Part shown: piece by piece, positions 59,337 to 64,000 of the stretch
How the letters are laid out: the number at the start of each line of letters is the position of its first letter
Position numbering within the stretch: position 1 is the first letter of the stretch
NCBI GenBank assembly: GCA_034189385.1
Contig: JAXHVD010000006.1
Coordinates: forward strand, 96,001 to 160,000
Source of the DNA: Thermodesulfobacteriota bacterium
GTDB taxonomy: Bacteria > Desulfobacterota > Desulfobacteria > Desulfobacterales > C00003060
Length of the DNA stretch: 64,000 nucleotides
Direction of reading: 5' to 3'
Notes under the pieces: generated by a model
The model's database searches: none
Told to the model about the DNA's origin: nothing
The model's input: only the letters and a program-made list of their open reading frames with translations
Made by a program: the position numbers and the translations under genes

Positions 59337-60275
59337 ATGCATAGCCTTGTCCTGTTTGCTGGCAACTCGAATCCAAAACTGGCCAAGGACATTTGCCGTC
59401 ATATAGGCATCAGATTGGGAGAGGCCCAGGTAAAGAGATTCAGTGACGGCGAAATCCAGATAGAGATAGGGGAAAATGTGCGAGGCAAGGACGTGTTTGT
59501 CTTGCAGTCCACGTGCGCCCCAGTAAATGAGCATCTGGTAGAACTGCTGCTGATGCTTGATGCCTTCAAGCGCTCATCGGCAAAGCGGATCACGGCAGTG
59601 GTTCCATATTATGGCTATGCCCGGCAGGACAAAAAGGTGGCACCGCGGGTTCCCATCAGTGCGAAACTGGTGGCCGACCTCCTGACAACAGCCGGTGCCG
59701 ACCGTGTCATCACCATGGACCTTCATGCCGGTCAAATACAGGGCTTTTTCGATGTTCCAGTGGACAACCTCTTTGCAGCGCCAGTTCTCCTTGAACATAT
59801 AAGGCAGAAGTTTCAAAACGATACGGTCATCGTGTCTCCGGACGCAGGGGGTGCCGAAAGGGCCCGGGCCTTTGCCAAACGCCTTCATACGCAGCTGGCC
59901 ATTGTTGACAAACGACGCCTCGCGCCTAACGTGGCCGAGGCCATGCACGTGGTGGGCTCTGTTGAAGGAAAAATAGGGATCATCTTGGATGACATGGTGG
60001 ACACTGCGGGGACCCTTACACAAGCCGCCTCTGCCTTAAAAGGCCACGGGGCTGTAGAGGTCCATGCCTGCTGTTCCCATCCAGTGCTTTCAGGTCCGGC
60101 TGTTGACCGTATTGTAGCATCGGAAATCGAAACCCTTGTGGTCACCGACAGCATCCCCCTGGGTAAGAGCGCCCAGGAAAGCGGAAAGTTTCAGGTGCTG
60201 TCCGTGTCAAAGCTGTTGGCAGAGGGGATTCACCGGTCCCATACGGGCAGTTCGGTGAGTTCGCTCTTCGTATAA
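59337..60275 (+). CDS. prs: Ribose-phosphate pyrophosphokinase
   Basis: [42 protein letters not shown]. Confidence 0.97.
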   Translation: MHSLVLFAGNSNPKLAKDICRHIGIRLGEAQVKRFSDGEIQIEIGENVRGKDVFVLQSTCAPVNEHLVELLLMLDAFKRSSAKRITAVVPYYGYARQDKKVAPRVPISAKLVADLLTTAGADRVITMDLHAGQIQGFFDVPVDNLFAAPVLLEHIRQKFQNDTVIVSPDAGGAERARAFAKRLHTQLAIVDKRRLAPNVAEAMHVVGSVEGKIGIILDDMVDTAGTLTQAASALKGHGAVEVHACCSHPVLSGPAVDRIVASEIETLVVTDSIPLGKSAQESGKFQVLSVSKLLAEGIHRSHTGSSVSSLFV

Positions 60276-60303
60276 AAAACCAAATATAAGGAGGAAATGT
60301 TCC

Positions 60304-60960
60304 TTGGAAATATTCGATCTTAGCGCAACGGAACGAAAAAGCACCGGAAAGGGCCACGCCCGATCACTGAGGCGCCAGGGCCTGGTTCCGGCGGTGCTCT
60401 ACGGCCCAGAAACCGCGTCCATACCGTTGACCATATCTACGCTAGATCTGGAGACGATATACCAGGAAAGTGCGACAGAGCATGTCATCTTAAATCTTAT
60501 CATCAAGAACGGCGGCACGTTGAACAAGACTGCTATGGTGAAAGAGATGCAGCTTTCACCGCTAACCAACCAGTGTCTTCACGTCGATTTCTATGAAATA
60601 TCCATGGAAAAGGAAATCACGGTAAAGATTCCGGTTGAACTCACCGGAAAGTCCAAGGGAGTTGAGAGTGGCGGTTTGTTGCAGCTGATTCGCTATGAAT
60701 TAGAAGTGACCTGTCTGCCAGAAAACATCCCAGGTAAGATTGAGGTGGATGTCTCAGACATGGATGTTGGCGATTCCATTCATGTGGAAGACATCGCCGT
60801 AGGTGAGAATGTCACATTGGTATATGACAACAACTTTACAGTGGCCACGGTGGTTGCACCGACACTGGTAGAGGAAGAGGTCCCAGAAGAGGAATTTGAG
60901 GAAGGTGAAGAGGCCCCGGCCGAGGCCGAAGCACCAGCAGAAGAAGAACCATCAGACTAG
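60304..60960 (+). CDS. rplY: 50S ribosomal protein L25/Ctc
   Basis: GK..AR.LRR.G.VPAVLYG, HVDF, G..KGV..GG; acidic tail; TTG start with aaggagg RBS. Confidence 0.95.
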   Translation: MEIFDLSATERKSTGKGHARSLRRQGLVPAVLYGPETASIPLTISTLDLETIYQESATEHVILNLIIKNGGTLNKTAMVKEMQLSPLTNQCLHVDFYEISMEKEITVKIPVELTGKSKGVESGGLLQLIRYELEVTCLPENIPGKIEVDVSDMDVGDSIHVEDIAVGENVTLVYDNNFTVATVVAPTLVEEEVPEEEFEEGEEAPAEAEAPAEEEPSD

Positions 60961-60970
60961 TAGAATCTAA

Positions 60971-61582
60971 ATGTCGGAGGATCGGTTTCGCCTGATTGTG
61001 GGGTTGGGCAACCCAGGAAAGAAATATCAACATACCCGCCACAATATGGGATTCATGGTGGTGGAGCGGCTGGCACATACACACGGAATCCTACTAGAGA
61101 GACGTAAGTTTAACGTCCTTTTTGGCCGCGGGAAAGTGGGAAGCCAGCCAGTCATCCTGGCCAAGCCCATGACCTACATGAATAGGAGTGGGCCAGCAGC
61201 CAGAGACTTGGCCTTCTTTTTTAAGATAGGGACGCAAGATACCCTAGTCATTCACGATGACATAGATCTTGTCTTTGGCCAAATCAAAATTAAGGAGAAA
61301 GGAGGGAATGGAGGACATAATGGCGTGAAGTCCCTGATCGAGGCATTGGGGACTGGGCAGTTTACTCGCCTCCGTGTTGGTATTGGACGTCCTGAAACCC
61401 GCCAGAAAGTTAGAGCCTATGTGCTGGCCGGATTTGACGCCCAACAGGAGACACTCTTGGAGGATGTTGTCTCCACCGCACAAGATGCGACGGAGACCAT
61501 ACTCTTCAAAGGGGTACCAGAGGCGATGAATCGATTTCATGGTAAGACAATTTCAGAACGCAACGTTGGGAGGAGACTATGA
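60971..61582 (+). CDS. pth: Peptidyl-tRNA hydrolase
   Basis: [42 protein letters not shown]. Confidence 0.97.
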   Translation: MSEDRFRLIVGLGNPGKKYQHTRHNMGFMVVERLAHTHGILLERRKFNVLFGRGKVGSQPVILAKPMTYMNRSGPAARDLAFFFKIGTQDTLVIHDDIDLVFGQIKIKEKGGNGGHNGVKSLIEALGTGQFTRLRVGIGRPETRQKVRAYVLAGFDAQQETLLEDVVSTAQDATETILFKGVPEAMNRFHGKTISERNVGRRL

Positions 61583-63609
61583 GTGGAGTACTGAGTAATG
61601 TAGAGCTTTATTGTACACTGGTAGGTGCGGTAGGTGTCGTCTTCGCGCTGCTTCTGGCAAGCGCGGTGAAAAGCGCCCCTGCCGGGGACGAGAAGATGAA
61701 CGAGATCGCTGACGCGGTCAAGGAAGGCGCTATTGCCTATTTGAACCGCCAGCTAAAGACCGTTTTTATCGCGGCTGCTGTGATCGTCGTCATCATTGGG
61801 GCGACCCTTGGCATAACGACCGCCGTTGGCTTCATCCTCGGCGCCGCAGCCTCTTACTGTGCAGGATATATCGGCATGCGCGTATCGGTTATTGCAAACG
61901 TGCGCACCGCAGAGGCCTCCAAGAAAGGCCTTGCAGCCGGTCTTTCCATGGCCTTTAGGGGCGGCACGGTCACAGGGATGATCGTGGCTGGGCTTGCTCT
62001 GACATCGGTGGCTGGCTACTTTACCCTCACCCATGACATCAAGGCCCTGATAGCCCTCGGGTTCGGCGGGAGCTTGATCTCTATCTTTGCCCGCCTTGGC
62101 GGCGGTATCTTCACCAAGGGTGCAGACGTAGGTGCCGACCTGGTGGGTAAAGTGGAAGCCGGTATCCCTGAAGATGATCCCAGAAACCCCGCAACCATTG
62201 CCGACAACGTGGGCGACAATGTGGGCGACTGCGCAGGCATGGCCGCAGACCTCTTTGAGACCTATGCAGTCACAGCCGTGGCTGCCATGCTCCTTGGCCA
62301 CCTCATTTTTCCGGAGTCCAAGGTGGGGCCGGACGTCTATCATATGGTAGTAACCTTCCCGCTCGCCCTGGGCGCTGTCTCCATTATCGCGTCCATCGTT
62401 GCAAGCTTCTTTGTGAAACTCGGTGGCGGTGATTACATCATGGGCGCCCTGTACAAAGGCATGTTTGGTTCAGCCATTATTGCTGGTGTCGCCTTTTACC
62501 CTCTGACCAAGCAAATGATGGGGGGATTGGATGTTCCCTTCATGGACCTTTATCTTTGCACACTCATCGGTCTGGTACTGACCGTGGGCATCGTCATCGT
62601 GACCGAATACTACACAGGGGTCAGAGGACCCGTTAAGGGCATCGCCCAGGCCTCTACCACGGGCCATGGCACGAACATCATCGCCGGTCTTGCGATCAGC
62701 ATGCAGTCCACAGCTATTCCGGTTATTTTGATTTGTGCTGCCATCTATGCCTCTTTTCATTTGGCGAACCTTTTTGGAATTGCCCTGGCGGCCATGAGCA
62801 TGCTCTCTATGACCGGTATGGTCATCGCCATTGACGCCTACGGCCCGATCACAGATAACGCCGGTGGCATTGCAGAGATGGCGGAGATGGATGAAAGTGT
62901 CCGCGCAGTGACAGATCCCCTGGATGCCGTTGGAAACACCACCAAGGCCGTCACCAAGGGGTATGCCATCGGTTCGGCCGGTCTGGCAGCCCTGGTCCTC
63001 TTTGCCGCCTATATCCAGGATCTCAAGGATCTTTCCCCTGAGGGCACGGTATTGAGCTTTGATCTTGGCCACGTGGATGTCATCATCGGCCTTTTTATCG
63101 GCGGGCTCCTACCCTACCTCTTTGCCTCCATCGCCATGATGGCCGTTGGAAAAGCCGGTGGCCAGGTGGTCGTTGAAGTGAGACGGCAGTTTAGGGAAAT
63201 CCCTGGGATCATGGAAGGCAAGGCAAAACCGGACTATGCTGCCTGCGTCGATATTGTGACCCGTTTTGCCCTTAAAGAGATGATTGTGCCGGCCCTCATC
63301 CCGGTGGTTGTGCCGGTTATTGTCGGGTTCTTCCTTGGCAAGATCGCCCTTGGCGCCCTCTTAATCGGTAGTATCATCACAGGCGTCTTTGTGGCCATCT
63401 CCATGACCACAGGAGGAGCCGCTTGGGATAATGCCAAGAAGTATATCGAAGACGGTCACCTTGGTGGTAAGGGAAGCGAATCCCACAAGGCTGCCGTCAC
63501 GGGTGATACGGTTGGCGATCCGTACAAGGATACTGCCGGCCCTGCCGTCAACCCCATGATCAAGATCTTAAACGTGGTGGCCCTGCTGATGGTGCCGTTC
63601 CTCGTCTAG
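61579..63609 (+). CDS. hppA: Membrane-bound ion-translocating pyrophosphatase (K+-independent type)
   Basis: [52 protein letters not shown]. Confidence 0.96.
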   Translation: MSGVLSNVELYCTLVGAVGVVFALLLASAVKSAPAGDEKMNEIADAVKEGAIAYLNRQLKTVFIAAAVIVVIIGATLGITTAVGFILGAAASYCAGYIGMRVSVIANVRTAEASKKGLAAGLSMAFRGGTVTGMIVAGLALTSVAGYFTLTHDIKALIALGFGGSLISIFARLGGGIFTKGADVGADLVGKVEAGIPEDDPRNPATIADNVGDNVGDCAGMAADLFETYAVTAVAAMLLGHLIFPESKVGPDVYHMVVTFPLALGAVSIIASIVASFFVKLGGGDYIMGALYKGMFGSAIIAGVAFYPLTKQMMGGLDVPFMDLYLCTLIGLVLTVGIVIVTEYYTGVRGPVKGIAQASTTGHGTNIIAGLAISMQSTAIPVILICAAIYASFHLANLFGIALAAMSMLSMTGMVIAIDAYGPITDNAGGIAEMAEMDESVRAVTDPLDAVGNTTKAVTKGYAIGSAGLAALVLFAAYIQDLKDLSPEGTVLSFDLGHVDVIIGLFIGGLLPYLFASIAMMAVGKAGGQVVVEVRRQFREIPGIMEGKAKPDYAACVDIVTRFALKEMIVPALIPVVVPVIVGFFLGKIALGALLIGSIITGVFVAISMTTGGAAWDNAKKYIEDGHLGGKGSESHKAAVTGDTVGDPYKDTAGPAVNPMIKILNVVALLMVPFLV

Positions 63610-63636
63610 GCGCGGGACCCTATATCTACTCATAAC

Positions 63637-63675
63637 AAAAGGATTGGTGTGGGAAACCACACCAATCCTTTTTTT
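63637..63675 (+). terminator. Rho-independent terminator
   Basis: aaaaggattggtgtgg-gaaa-ccacaccaatcc-ttttttt. Confidence 0.92.
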
Positions 63676-63730
63676 CGTCACAAAGAACCTGCACAACAGG
63701 TCGGTAAGACAAAGCTATCTCTCTTCTCAA

Positions 63731-64000
63731 ATGCTAACAGGAATGTCAGAAGGAAACCTTTTTAGAAAACTATCTCGTCTCTATTCCGAAATGGAGGAGG
63801 CCTACAACCGGACCGCCGTGGAGATAGGCCTCACCTGTAAGGGATGTTCAGACAATTGCTGCACCAGCTATTTCCAACACCACACCTATATAGAATGGGC
63901 CTATCTCTGGGAAGGAATCATGTCCTGTCCTGAAGAAATGCAACGCAAGATCCTAGCCAGGGCCGGAGAGTATGTAAAGGAGAGTCAGATGCTGCTGGCC
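63731..64000 (+). CDS. Cys-cluster (YkgJ-like) protein, 3'-truncated by window edge
   Basis: Open frame ...LYSEMEEAY...LTCKGCSDNCCTSYFQHHTYIEW...; not in the ORF track because it has no stop in the window. Confidence 0.75.
   Translation, partial: MLTGMSEGNLFRKLSRLYSEMEEAYNRTAVEIGLTCKGCSDNCCTSYFQHHTYIEWAYLWEGIMSCPEEMQRKILARAGEYVKESQMLLA

Overview
Bacterial chromosomal window. Gene content and intergenic repeat types suggest an anaerobic Desulfobacterota/deltaproteobacterium (inference). 1-14.7 kb: a TPM-nucleotidyltransferase-LemA cluster runs directly into an EndoQ(PHP)-UvrD helicase fusion ending in a QLSLF beta-clamp motif, followed by small enzymes. 14.8-33 kb is a signalling island. It holds a REC-HD-GYP-like protein, a decayed motA, a lipoprotein with a MotB-like tail, an orphan MshEN-type PilB/GspE ATPase coupled to an HDOD protein, a response regulator and a hybrid kinase. 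It continues with a K+ channel-RCK-REC fusion, an HTH protein, a decayed MCP, CheW, a sensorless MCP, a PilZ-like protein, a candidate sRNA and an OmpA-barrel-PKD protein. At least seven sigma54-type (GG-N10-GC) promoters lie in this island. 33-64 kb is mostly housekeeping: an HDAC/AcuC gene with an apparent CTG start, iorAB, lepA, a nucleotide-sugar dehydrogenase, ppiD, aconitase, serC/serA, an HtrA protease, and ispE-tRNA-Gln-prs-rplY-pth-hppA. Several MITE/REP-like palindromes occur between genes. No CRISPR array, prophage or intact transposase was seen. All family calls come from reading motifs by eye; no database search was run.
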